44,468 nucleotides of DNA from a virus. Its lineage: Duplodnaviria; Caudoviricetes. Position 1 is the stretch's first letter, and every line of letters starts with the position of its first letter. Both the position numbers and the translations under genes were made by a program. The stretch covers positions 1 to 44,468 of the IMG/VR virus record IMGVR_UViG_3300027828_000046; one strand, 5' to 3'. Positions 17,205 to 26,826 of this stretch are shown piece after piece. A model generated the notes under the pieces. The model had not been told where the DNA came from. It did no database searches and worked only from the letters and a program-made list of their open reading frames with translations.

Positions 17205-19319
17205 TTGAGTTATCCTTATCATTTCTTGGTCAATTAATTTCTTATTGTAAATCTCAACATTTTTAATGGTACCATTAAATTGTGCTAAATTACCTGTCTC
17301 ATTAACACCCACTCCTACAGTAGTTAAATTTGTTGCTAAAGTTGCACTATTATCAGATGCCTTCAAAGCTCCATTTGTAAATAAATCAACATCGTCATTT
17401 ATATAACTTAATGCTATTTTATGAAATACATTTGGTATAATTAAATCTACTGGACTATTTAATGTTCCTTGTGATACACCTCCTGTAATTAAAACAACTG
17501 ATGCAGATAATACAGTCTTATTCACAAAGGATGCAATTCTGTTATCTATTGTGGCATCACTCAGTGTTAAAACTCTTGGTGTAGTCGAAACTCCAAAACC
17601 TAAATGATTAATCTCCACATTATAACTTCCTACACCTTGTTTTAAATCTTCTATACCATAAGTCAAAGAATCTCCAGTTTTTGTAACTGTCGAAGCTTCA
17701 GTTTTTATGTAAGAAGAAGCAAAACAACAAGATTCTAATTGCATACCCCAAATATAAAATCTATCTCCTGTGCTCCCAGAATCATCATAAATTCTTGCTC
17801 TAAAATCTGTACCAGCTGTAGCATCATAAGTATAAGTTCTTTCAATTCTTTGCCATGAATCTGTAACAACTATCAATCCCTCACTAAAAACTGTACTTGC
17901 ATCTCTTCTCCATTCTACTGTAATAGTTGTTGATGATATGGCTTTTATATAAAAAGATACTGTATAAGTATTACTTGCTGGATTTTCTATTATTATTTTA
18001 TCTATTAATCTACCTGTAGTAGTTGATATATTGTAACAATCAGCTGTTTCAGTACCATCTGGTGCTGTCGTACAATTTGGTGTTATTGTTACATTAGCTC
18101 CTTTAATCCATGAAGGGTCGTCCATTTCTTCACTATAATTAAATTTATTTGTTCTCTGTTCTTCACATAAATAACCCTTTAATATATCTTTAGATATCGG
18201 GTTGCCATCTCTATCGGTCTCAAAATACTTAACTCCGTCAACTCCTGCTCCGTGATAAATAATTTCTTCAACAGAAATACTACTTACTGAACCTTCATAT
18301 CCGACTCTTCCTTGGAAATATACTCTTGTATTTGAAGGAGTGTCAGCAGTTATAATCATTTCGTGTTCACCAACTGAAGTTTCTGTTACACCATAATCTA
18401 TCCCTCCTAAATATATTCTTGATTCTCCAGATACGTGAGAAGCTATATCATATTTAACAAGATAAGTTTTTCCTTTTGGAGACTTCAATGCATTTTCTTG
18501 ATAAACGCTAACATTTCCAGTTTGAGCACCATCACAACTGGCAACTCCTCCAGATATAGTCCAATTACTTCCTACTACCCAATTATCTGCATTATCAAAA
18601 TCTCCATTCGTCACCAATTCAATGCCGTCGGTATTTGAAACATCAGTACTTACATATTCAGACGGTTCTGTTTGAGTTCCTTTAAATTGTTCAAATTGAG
18701 GAAACGCTATATCTACACTTTCACCAGCATCAACGAATGTAATATACCACGCGATTACAGAAATTGTATCAGTTTTTTCTGCTGAAACACAATATTCTGT
18801 CCATTCATCCGTTAAATTAATTTCCACAGAATCATAATATCCATAATCACCACCTCTTCTTTGTATCCCAAATCTCATAGTTCCGCTTCCTTTGAACATT
18901 GCACATATATTATATGTAGAACCTTGTTGAGTATTAGAAATTTCTTGTCTAAAATCACCACCAGACCCAGAAGTATTTGTTATTCTAACAGCAGCAGTTC
19001 CACCATTGGGGTCTTCTATTCCAGTGGTTTTGGTATAATTAAATACGAGCCAATCAGATTGAGTAAAGTCTTCTGTATATCTTAATAAATTCTCAACTCT
19101 TCGTGCACCTTCAAATCTAGCTTCGTTGATTTTGGCAGTATTGACAACGCCTTCAAAATCTGTTACAGATGCTGTTGTTGGCCGAGTAAAAGTTGGTGTT
19201 GATATACCTTTTGTTAATAATAAAGATGATTTTAATGGTGCTTTAAAACCTAATGTTCTTTTATTCCATTGAAAATACTTATTCTTAACAAGTATTTTCG
19301 CTATTTCTTTTTTTCTCAT
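17202..19319 (-). CDS. Head spike fibre-like protein with carbohydrate-binding/LamG-like domains
   Basis: TFTRPTTA..DFEG...NEARFE, GYLCEEQRTN, WGMQLE..FASSYIKT and C-terminal FNGTIKNVEIYNKKL motifs; lies inside the head module. Confidence 0.7.
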   Translation of the reverse strand: MRKKEIAKILVKNKYFQWNKRTLGFKAPLKSSLLLTKGISTPTFTRPTTASVTDFEGVVNTAKINEARFEGARRVENLLRYTEDFTQSDWLVFNYTKTTGIEDPNGGTAAVRITNTSGSGGDFRQEISNTQQGSTYNICAMFKGSGTMRFGIQRRGGDYGYYDSVEINLTDEWTEYCVSAEKTDTISVIAWYITFVDAGESVDIAFPQFEQFKGTQTEPSEYVSTDVSNTDGIELVTNGDFDNADNWVVGSNWTISGGVASCDGAQTGNVSVYQENALKSPKGKTYLVKYDIASHVSGESRIYLGGIDYGVTETSVGEHEMIITADTPSNTRVYFQGRVGYEGSVSSISVEEIIYHGAGVDGVKYFETDRDGNPISKDILKGYLCEEQRTNKFNYSEEMDDPSWIKGANVTITPNCTTAPDGTETADCYNISTTTGRLIDKIIIENPASNTYTVSFYIKAISSTTITVEWRRDASTVFSEGLIVVTDSWQRIERTYTYDATAGTDFRARIYDDSGSTGDRFYIWGMQLESCCFASSYIKTEASTVTKTGDSLTYGIEDLKQGVGSYNVEINHLGFGVSTTPRVLTLSDATIDNRIASFVNKTVLSASVVLITGGVSQGTLNSPVDLIIPNVFHKIALSYINDDVDLFTNGALKASDNSATLATNLTTVGVGVNETGNLAQFNGTIKNVEIYNKKLIDQEMIRITQ

Positions 19320-19603
19320 TGTCCATCAAAAAATATTTTTTGTCCAGCAGTATCTGAAATTAAATAAATTTTATTTAAATTATTTAAAAATACAAATTTT
19401 TCATCTTCAGCAAATAATGGATAACCATCAGTACTTTCTGATGTACCAGCAGTAACGGAACTATTATAACCTACATAAATTGTTCCTGTGTTTGCTGATG
19501 CTGCTCTTATAGATATTATATCAAAAGCCAATTCTTGTGAATCTAATTGTACAGCTGTCACTCCAACTGTTTTACTTCCTGTTTTTCCTTCAAATTTTAC
19601 CAT
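19316..19603 (-). CDS. Small beta-rich virion protein (head spike base candidate)
   Basis: 95 aa with IRAASANTGTIYVG...GYPL; ATGA-coupled to the fibre gene. Confidence 0.55.
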   Translation of the reverse strand: MVKFEGKTGSKTVGVTAVQLDSQELAFDIISIRAASANTGTIYVGYNSSVTAGTSESTDGYPLFAEDEKFVFLNNLNKIYLISDTAGQKIFFDGQ

Positions 19604-19611
19604 AGTATTAT

Positions 19612-19646
19612 TATATTTTTATGATTTATATATAATATCTTATTTA
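19612..19646 (-). promoter_or_regulatory. Late promoter, direct-repeat copy 2
   Basis: tatatttttatgatttatatataatatcttattta, just upstream of the ATG at 19603. Confidence 0.75.
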
Positions 19647-19796
19647 ATCACTTATATTTTCTATAATTCTAAAATTTTTATTTATTATTATAGTTTTTTT
19701 CTTGTGTTCCATTTTTAATATCACATCATACTTCTACACAAATTAGAGTCCCATCTGTTGAATATTGCCAATGTCTTAATATATGATATGCCATTT

Positions 19797-21095
19797 TTAT
19801 GGTGAAAATATTCTACCTTGACCTTTAACTCTAAAACTTGTCAATGGTCTTAAATCATCTTGGATTAATATTTCAATTTTTTGTGCTGGTGTTGCATCTC
19901 CGTCAATCTCAGCAACCATTTCAGCTTTTGTTAAAGTCCATCTAGCTCTTAAACCATATTCTCCAGCTGGTGCTTTATCTGAATATTCTACATCATACAT
20001 ATCAAGTTTAATATCTCCATTAGTTTTCCAATTGGATAAAACAACTATTCTACCTGCTGTTGTTATTGCTCTAACTGTTACACCATTTGTTAAAGCTGAT
20101 AAACTTCCAAATAATCCATCATCCATTGGTGACCCATCAGTAATTGAAATTAAAAATCTTGTTAATTGGTAAATTGTTGCTGGTGGAACATCAATTACAA
20201 AAATTTCAGGACTTGCTAAACTTCCATTTACATTCATATTAATTAAAACTTTAGTAATCAATGCCGATGTTGTATAAACATTTGCCAATGGTCTATCTAA
20301 TGTCACAACATTTCCAGTAATATCTGTAATAATTAAAATTCCCACTTCAACAGTGCTATTTTCTTCAAATTTCAATGCGTCACCAACTACTAAACCTGCA
20401 ACACTATTCACTGTTACAGAAATGTCACCAACTACAGATGCAATACTTGGTGTTGTTGTTGTAGCTGTATGTTGATGAAAATATTCATTAACAAGTTTTC
20501 TATGAACCCACGCAGAATTCACATCTAAAGCACCTCTATAAGATGTTACATTTTCAACCTCATTTGTTAAACTACTTTTAGCTTGAATTCTCGAAATAAC
20601 ATTTATGTTTTTTCTAACTACAATATTAGTTAAACAAATTGTATCTGTAGTATGAAATTCAAATATAATACCATCAAATTTTTCTGGATTTGTTAGTTTA
20701 TAATCAAAACTATTATATTTTGTATTATTTGCACTATCATCTATTATGTTTCTAATAGTACCAGAACCATCAATAAATTTTAATTTTACATTACTAAAAC
20801 TTTTAGATAAATCTAAACAACCAATTCCAACCGCATTAGTTTCAACTGTTCTCTTAAACATTAATTTTAAAGTTTTTGGATTATTAGATGAATCATCACC
20901 AACAAGAGAATATAAATCGTTTACTAAATCACAAGGATGTCCAGAAAAATCTCCCATATCAGAATTATCCACATCTACATCTTTACAATAAATAGAATCT
21001 CCATCAGTTGGTAATGGATTTTGAACACTAATATTTTCCCCATGTTCATTTGTCAATTTTCTTGGTAATGCACCAATATATTTAGTTTTTCCCAT
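19797..21095 (-). CDS. Multi-domain beta-rich virion protein (possible second head appendage)
   Basis: 432 aa in the head module; ISVQNPLPTD, VTLDRPL, MNVNGS..PEIF and FGSLSALTNG segments. Confidence 0.6.
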   Translation of the reverse strand: MGKTKYIGALPRKLTNEHGENISVQNPLPTDGDSIYCKDVDVDNSDMGDFSGHPCDLVNDLYSLVGDDSSNNPKTLKLMFKRTVETNAVGIGCLDLSKSFSNVKLKFIDGSGTIRNIIDDSANNTKYNSFDYKLTNPEKFDGIIFEFHTTDTICLTNIVVRKNINVISRIQAKSSLTNEVENVTSYRGALDVNSAWVHRKLVNEYFHQHTATTTTPSIASVVGDISVTVNSVAGLVVGDALKFEENSTVEVGILIITDITGNVVTLDRPLANVYTTSALITKVLINMNVNGSLASPEIFVIDVPPATIYQLTRFLISITDGSPMDDGLFGSLSALTNGVTVRAITTAGRIVVLSNWKTNGDIKLDMYDVEYSDKAPAGEYGLRARWTLTKAEMVAEIDGDATPAQKIEILIQDDLRPLTSFRVKGQGRIFSP

Positions 21096-21097
21096 TT

Positions 21098-21442
21098 TTA
21101 ATTATACCCATTTCTTGTTGCTCTATAATAAACTTCAAATACTGGAGTTCCACCAACATCTGATTTATGATTTAATTTTATAACATCTGCCATTTGGTCT
21201 TCAATTACAAAAGTTTGATTATCTTCATCAATTACAATTTCTTCACCATTATCAAAGTGATTAAAATTATTTCCATTATCTATACTATATAAAATTTCAA
21301 AAGTTGTTGATGTAAAAGTTCCAGATGTTTTATTAAATTGAAATATATGTGTTCTGGCAGAAGTTTCAAATTCTATAACTGGATTAGTAGCTGAAAATTT
21401 ATCATTATCTGTATTCCTATCTTTTAATTTCTTTCCTTTCAT
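21098..21442 (-). CDS. Small beta-rich virion protein
   Basis: ATGA-coupled to the portal gene; EILYSIDNGNNF Asp-box-like motif. Confidence 0.65.
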   Translation of the reverse strand: MKGKKLKDRNTDNDKFSATNPVIEFETSARTHIFQFNKTSGTFTSTTFEILYSIDNGNNFNHFDNGEEIVIDEDNQTFVIEDQMADVIKLNHKSDVGGTPVFEVYYRATRNGYN

Positions 21443-23742
21443 TTTTCACCAAAATATGGAACAACAGCACATCTACAATTTACACCTTCTGGTGGTCTAA
21501 TTACACCAATAGTAAATTTTTTTCCAACTTGAACTACTTGCCCATGGACAATTTGATGTAATGGTCTTACTCTTACATCACCTGCTGTAATCCATTGATT
21601 AAAATTTACAATTCCAGAATCTTTATAAGCTTCTTGAGCTGCACCATTAAAAACTCTATTCATTTCATTTTGTGCAATTGTCTTTAATCTGTTTTTATAT
21701 GTATTTGCAAAACTTGAACTAACAACAGTTTTAAATCTTTTAGCTGCTAAAGCTGGAGAATCTTCATTTGTGATTGCTGCTTCTAATTCTCTTCTTAAAT
21801 CTCCCTTCATATCATCACTAGCTTTTGTAACTTTATCCATTGCCTCAACTTGGATTTGTCTTTGGATTGCTTTTGTTCTATCTGAAACAATTATTTCTTT
21901 TCCTACTAAATCTTTTGCTTCTTCTGTTGCTGCTGTAATTCCATCAATTAATATTGGGGAAAATTTTAATTTTGATTCAGTATCAAAAGCTTTTACTTCT
22001 TGCTCAATTAATAAAAACGCTTCAGCCTCAGCATCTTTTTTAATTAGTCTTTTAATCTTATTAAAAAATTTTTCATCAAATTGTACTGAACCTTTTAAAG
22101 CTTTTGCCATACCATCAAATTTAAAACTATTATTAAAAACCTTGATTAAAGAATTTGCTGCCTTAGATTCTAATTTCATAAACTTCTCTTTCTCCCATGG
22201 ACTTTGCATAGGAGGTAATAATTTCGGATAAAATGGTTTTGCATCAATACCTAATAAATTTTTTAACATTTGAATAAATGATGATGTTTCAACTATTTCT
22301 TCTGTTTCTTCTTCATCTGGTTTATCTGATTTTTCAGCTGTAAAAATTATCATATTTGGATTTTGATTTAATTCAGACCATTCAACTGTACCCGGAACAA
22401 AATCTCTAAATTGATAATAAATATGATTATCTTCATCCATATCATCATAATCATCAGTATGTAAATTAGACATTAAAACCATTTCATCAGCTTGCTCTTT
22501 TGTAAATTCTTTTGAAATAACAATTTTATAATCAAATCTTAATGAATCTTGTTTATTTTGTTCCAAATTGGATTCTGTTGGAACTACATCAGAAACTTTT
22601 AATTCAGTTCCAAATTTATCATTTATCATTTCAATTACACTTTCTGGTGTTGCTCCTGTTAAAACTAAATCTTTTGCTGAAGTCGCCGCCTTTTGGAAAA
22701 TTTCCGCCTTTTCAACGTCTGTTTCTTCAAATAATGTTTCAAATTCTATTTCAACTTTATTTAAACCGAAAATATTAGTCAAACAATTAATTAAATTTGT
22801 TAAATATTTAATTCTTACAAGATTAATATCACCAAAATATTGTTTTTGATTTGTTTCTGAACCTGTAACTGCTCCAGCTTGTGCACCTATTAACATTTGC
22901 CATGGAATTTTTAAAGGAACTGAACAATCAATAATTGTTGTTTCCCATGCTTCTTTAATATTTACTCTTGAACCTTGGACCCCATGAATACCTAAATCAT
23001 ATCTATCATCAGAAATAAATGTTGTCTCAGAATTAACTTTATTAAATGTTCCGTTTTTTTTTACAGCGTCAACCTCAGACATTGAAACACCATCAATTTT
23101 AACATTTTTTGGATTTGAAATTTTAACATGTGTTAAACCTGCCGCACCTCTAAACATTGATTGACCAATTGACCATAAATTATTATCTTGTGTTGTCAAA
23201 GCCCTATAAGCTGGTATGTAACTTGATTTCATATCTTCTCTTAAAGTAACTTTAATTAATCTTGATTCGTGGATTTTTTGCGTTCCACCACCTTTTAACA
23301 TTATTTCATATGTCCCAATATTTGATAATTCTGGATTATTTTCATTATCTAAAACAAACCATGATTTAGGTAATACTTGTAAAAAATCAGGAATCATTTG
23401 AATTTCCAATGGTTCTTCTAATTCTTTTCCGTCTGGTATTCCTAAGAAAATAAATGAAACACCTGAAATGAAAGCTCTCTCAGTTGAATATCTAAAAACA
23501 GCATCAATATTTAATTCTTCTCTTAAATCTTCAAATATTTTATCAGAAGTTTCATATTTATCAGAAGTTAAATCCCCAACATATTGGTCACAAGCTCTAT
23601 AAGCAATTCCATTAAAAGTCCAAAGGTCCAAAAATTCTTGGTCTGAAATATCAGTTTCCCAAAATTTAGTAGTTATTGGTGTTATTACATCAGTATTTTC
23701 ATTATTTGATGTATTTGGTATTGTATCTTTTTCTTTTACCAT
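21439..23742 (-). CDS. Portal protein (DUF1073-like) fused to a MuF/SPP1 gp7-like minor head domain
   Basis: N-terminal part KIHESRL, IPWQMLIG...GSETNQKQYF, EFETLFE; C-terminal part RLKTIAQNE...WITAGDVRVRPLH..HG...PPEGVNCRC. Confidence 0.88.
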   Translation of the reverse strand: MVKEKDTIPNTSNNENTDVITPITTKFWETDISDQEFLDLWTFNGIAYRACDQYVGDLTSDKYETSDKIFEDLREELNIDAVFRYSTERAFISGVSFIFLGIPDGKELEEPLEIQMIPDFLQVLPKSWFVLDNENNPELSNIGTYEIMLKGGGTQKIHESRLIKVTLREDMKSSYIPAYRALTTQDNNLWSIGQSMFRGAAGLTHVKISNPKNVKIDGVSMSEVDAVKKNGTFNKVNSETTFISDDRYDLGIHGVQGSRVNIKEAWETTIIDCSVPLKIPWQMLIGAQAGAVTGSETNQKQYFGDINLVRIKYLTNLINCLTNIFGLNKVEIEFETLFEETDVEKAEIFQKAATSAKDLVLTGATPESVIEMINDKFGTELKVSDVVPTESNLEQNKQDSLRFDYKIVISKEFTKEQADEMVLMSNLHTDDYDDMDEDNHIYYQFRDFVPGTVEWSELNQNPNMIIFTAEKSDKPDEEETEEIVETSSFIQMLKNLLGIDAKPFYPKLLPPMQSPWEKEKFMKLESKAANSLIKVFNNSFKFDGMAKALKGSVQFDEKFFNKIKRLIKKDAEAEAFLLIEQEVKAFDTESKLKFSPILIDGITAATEEAKDLVGKEIIVSDRTKAIQRQIQVEAMDKVTKASDDMKGDLRRELEAAITNEDSPALAAKRFKTVVSSSFANTYKNRLKTIAQNEMNRVFNGAAQEAYKDSGIVNFNQWITAGDVRVRPLHQIVHGQVVQVGKKFTIGVIRPPEGVNCRCAVVPYFGEK

Positions 23743-23768
23743 TTTATTATATAAATATATAATATTTT

Positions 23769-24008
23769 TTATTGTTTATATAACTTAACATTTAAACGAT
23801 AATATTTTATACTATAAAAACCATTTCCTCTAAATTCTCTTACATATTTTTCTTCAATATTGTCAAATATACCTGGAAATTTTTTCATTTTTCTAATAGC
23901 TCGACATGTTTGTGATTTATTCATATTTAAAAAATTAGCTATTTGGTCTGTATTAAACCAGACAGTATTATTAGCCTTTAAAAAATTATATATTTCTTGT
24001 TGTGCCAT
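23769..24008 (-). CDS. Winged helix-turn-helix DNA-binding protein
   Basis: MAQQEIYNFLK...WFNTDQIANFLNMNKSQTCRAIRKM plus a beta wing; TAATG overlap with the TerL stop. Confidence 0.75.
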   Translation of the reverse strand: MAQQEIYNFLKANNTVWFNTDQIANFLNMNKSQTCRAIRKMKKFPGIFDNIEEKYVREFRGNGFYSIKYYRLNVKLYKQ

Positions 24009-25417
24009 TATGCAAAACCTCCCATAGTATTTCCACCACATTCTGAAAATGATGAGTAAGCGTTTGCAACCGCATCCGCCACGTCCGGAGATTTTCCAAT
24101 TCTTTTCTTAAATGTTTCTTTATCCTCAATCCATAATTTTTTTCCATCACTTCTCAATTTATAATGTCTTTTAGATAATTCAAAAACTAAATCAGCATCT
24201 TCGCATAAATCTAATTTATCAATATTTTTTCCAACCCAAAACCATAATTCTGTAATCCTGTTAAAAAACCTTTCACTATTAAAAGCGGAACTTCCGTTTA
24301 TAATTGGCGCAATTTCCGCTTCATGAGAATGTAATTCCGTTAATCTATCCGTTACTCCACCCCCAATACCCGTATCATCAATTGAAACCCTAACTTCATA
24401 TCCTTCATCCACAAATTGTCTAACTAATTTAGAGATTCTTCCAGCTGTTTGCATAGTATCTTCTTTGGAATGTTTTTCAATATGCCATAATTTATAACCA
24501 ATTCTACAAGCTATAACAGTTTTATCATTTCCAAATCTTGCAACATCCACACCAATTTCAATATCTGGTTTTCCTCTTAATTTTATATTTCTTTTCATAG
24601 CTTCCCTAACTTTGGCAGCTGTTACTATTGTGTCTATTGTTTGTTTTGGAAATTTAGAATCAAATAAAACACAAAATTCAATATTTGTTAAAAGTTCTTT
24701 TTGTTCGTCAACATAATCTTGTGTTATTCTCCCCTCTTTTATTCCTTGTCTCCAATCAATATGAAATTGTTCCCATCTTGGATTTTCCCATAAATCTGCT
24801 GCAATATTATCAGTTCCCCATGGATTGAATAAACCAACCATTATAGATTCTTCTGGATTATCTCCTAATAATCTGAAAACTCTTTCTCTAAATGTAGTTG
24901 GAGAAATTAAAGCCAATTCATCAACAATATTTAAATCTCCACCTTCTCCCATGGCTTGCTCTCCTTTACCTTGAACTCCTAAAGTTGCAATCTCACATCC
25001 ATTTTTAAAAGTTTGTCTTTTTTTTGATGCCTCCACGTCACCGTCTTCTTTTTGCGTTGAAAAATGCGCAACAGTTTTCAAAGTTCGTGACCTAGCTAAA
25101 AATTTTGCGGCAACTTTTCTAATAATATAAGTTTGAGACCATTGAGGACCAATTATATTTACTCTTCTGTTTCTATTAAGAATAACGTAAAGATTTGCAA
25201 GAATTCCCATTGCATGAGATTTCCCAAATCTAGTAAAACAATTTAAAAGCAATCTCCTACAACCATGAAATAATATTTTCTTCATAATTAAACATTGTGA
25301 AGGTGTTGGATATTCATGTGGCTCTAAATTAAATTCATAAATACACATAGACAAAATATCTTCGGTTTCAATCCAATATTGCCAAAAATCTTCTGCTGTC
25401 CAATTTGTTGTGTCCAT
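24008..25417 (-). CDS. terL: Terminase large subunit
   Basis: Walker A TRFGKS, Walker B IVDE, coupling motif FNP, RNase H motifs GVDVARFGND, IDDTGIGGGV, SPDVADA. Confidence 0.95.
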   Translation of the reverse strand: MDTTNWTAEDFWQYWIETEDILSMCIYEFNLEPHEYPTPSQCLIMKKILFHGCRRLLLNCFTRFGKSHAMGILANLYVILNRNRRVNIIGPQWSQTYIIRKVAAKFLARSRTLKTVAHFSTQKEDGDVEASKKRQTFKNGCEIATLGVQGKGEQAMGEGGDLNIVDELALISPTTFRERVFRLLGDNPEESIMVGLFNPWGTDNIAADLWENPRWEQFHIDWRQGIKEGRITQDYVDEQKELLTNIEFCVLFDSKFPKQTIDTIVTAAKVREAMKRNIKLRGKPDIEIGVDVARFGNDKTVIACRIGYKLWHIEKHSKEDTMQTAGRISKLVRQFVDEGYEVRVSIDDTGIGGGVTDRLTELHSHEAEIAPIINGSSAFNSERFFNRITELWFWVGKNIDKLDLCEDADLVFELSKRHYKLRSDGKKLWIEDKETFKKRIGKSPDVADAVANAYSSFSECGGNTMGGFA

Positions 25418-25420
25418 TGT

Positions 25421-25594
25421 TTATTTAAATAGTTCTTTAATTTCTTCAATTCTTTCTTCTTCTGTTATTCTTTTAAATTCAGTTTTACAATTTAAACATA
25501 TATAATGATAAGGAATATATCTTTCTAATTTAAATTCTTCACAAACTGGACATTTTTTAAAACCCTTTTTAATTATTTTATATTTATTTACCAT
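25421..25594 (-). CDS. Zinc-ribbon protein (57 aa), not in the ORF track
   Basis: MVNKYK...CPVC...YICLNCKTEF. Confidence 0.75.
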   Translation of the reverse strand: MVNKYKIIKKGFKKCPVCEEFKLERYIPYHYICLNCKTEFKRITEEERIEEIKELFK

Positions 25595-25596
25595 TT

Positions 25597-25761
25597 TTAT
25601 TTGTTATTTTGTTTTAAATAATTTAATATAGCTTCTTTCATCATAATTTTTGTTCCTGTTGGAACAGTTGCAGTAAGACTATATGAATCTTGGATTATTT
25701 CATCAATCAAATTATTTATTGAATCGAGGTTATCTTTATTTAAAATTATTTCATTTACCAT
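25597..25761 (-). CDS. Small hypothetical protein (54 aa, MVNEIILN...), not in the ORF track
   Basis: Open frame that exactly fills the gap, with a TAA-AA-ATG junction. Confidence 0.6.
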   Translation of the reverse strand: MVNEIILNKDNLDSINNLIDEIIQDSYSLTATVPTGTKIMMKEAILNYLKQNNK

Positions 25762-26263
25762 TTTTTCTTTCCTCATAAATTTTTCTCATAACATCGACAG
25801 GTAAATTTCCATCATCAATCTTATGTACTTCAGGAATTTTATCTTTAATTCCCCATCTTTCTAAAAATGTCATATACTTATCAATCACTTCAGCAGTATT
25901 TTTTAAACAATAAATTTGTTCAGAATCTTTTTCAAAATAACCATTATTAGAAACTTTATTCATTTTGTCAATAATATCTTGATACATCCCATCAAATTTA
26001 AAACGTGCTTCACTTACTTGGATTTGATTTATTTCTGGAATTGTTTCAATGATTAATCCATTAATTGTAGTAACTGGAAATCCTGGAAAATGTTCTCTAA
26101 CATAATCAGGTATTGTAGAACCTTGGATAATTCCTTGTGAGAAATGAATTTTTATTAAATCTTTGGCTCTTTGTCTAACTTCTTGAGTTACTTCACCCTT
26201 TCCCGGATATTCTAAATAGTGAGTTTTTGCGAGAATTTCAGGTGTCAAAATTTCTTTTGTCAT
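25751..26263 (-). CDS. Terminase small subunit (putative)
   Basis: Helical 170-aa protein upstream of TerL with its own TATA box at about 26290-26305. Confidence 0.55.
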   Translation of the reverse strand: MTKEILTPEILAKTHYLEYPGKGEVTQEVRQRAKDLIKIHFSQGIIQGSTIPDYVREHFPGFPVTTINGLIIETIPEINQIQVSEARFKFDGMYQDIIDKMNKVSNNGYFEKDSEQIYCLKNTAEVIDKYMTFLERWGIKDKIPEVHKIDDGNLPVDVMRKIYEERKNGK

Positions 26264-26312
26264 TTTATAATAAAATTATGTATCTTGATATATATAAATA
26301 TTTCTATTTATT

Positions 26313-26432
26313 TTATCCAAATAAGAAATTGAATTTTAATTTAAATAATAACATTTCACAAATGAAAATGAATGCAATAATTGCCAATACAATAATTATT
26401 TGAATTAAATCACTTATAATTTTTTTAATCAT
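26313..26432 (-). CDS. Tiny membrane protein (39 aa)
   Basis: MIKKIISDLIQIIIVLAIIAFIFICEMLLF...; TAA-A-ATG junction. Confidence 0.55.
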   Translation of the reverse strand: MIKKIISDLIQIIIVLAIIAFIFICEMLLFKLKFNFLFG

Positions 26433-26433
26433 T

Positions 26434-26568
26434 TTATTTAATATTGAACATTGTTTTTAATCCTGCATAGAATATAAACCATAATGCTATGATTATAATT
26501 CCAACTAATAATATTCCACAAATAATTAACATTTGATATAAAATATATAATAAAAATCCTTCACTCAT
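26434..26568 (-). CDS. Tiny membrane protein (44 aa)
   Basis: MSEGFLLYILYQMLIICGILLVGIIIIALWFIFYAGL...; ATGA overlap. Confidence 0.6.
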   Translation of the reverse strand: MSEGFLLYILYQMLIICGILLVGIIIIALWFIFYAGLKTMFNIK

Positions 26569-26651
26569 TTTTCATTTACAAATAATGTTACTAATACACC
26601 ACATAATATTCCCATACAATATGATAATATTATTATTAATATTTCACTCAT
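26565..26651 (-). CDS. Tiny membrane protein (28 aa)
   Basis: MSEILIIILSYCMGILCGVLVTLFVNEK; overlaps both neighbours. Confidence 0.5.
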   Translation of the reverse strand: MSEILIIILSYCMGILCGVLVTLFVNEK

Positions 26652-26826
26652 TTTTTATTCTATCAATAATATCAATATATATTATTATTGGTAACCATAA
26701 AAATAAAATAACAAAACAGCTAACTATTTTTATAATTATTTTAGATTTATAATGTTGGCTTAAATAATCAAAAACAATTATAGAACCAATTATAAAATAA
26801 GTTATTAATAATATTTCAACAATCAT
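26644..26826 (-). CDS. Small two-TM membrane protein (60 aa)
   Basis: Two hydrophobic stretches; ATGA overlap with the RHH gene. Confidence 0.7.
   Translation of the reverse strand: MIVEILLITYFIIGSIIVFDYLSQHYKSKIIIKIVSCFVILFLWLPIIIYIDIIDRIKNE

Noticed and set aside
19647-19794. Two 22-codon minus-strand ORFs (MAYHILRH..., MEHKKKT...)
   Set aside because: Too short to support from sequence alone, although the first has a typical TAA-AA-ATGG junction
5987-22849. Plus-strand ORFs inside the structural block (e.g. 6616-6945, 9390-9878, 21770-22231)
   Set aside because: Antisense shadows of well-supported minus-strand genes, with no motifs or start signals
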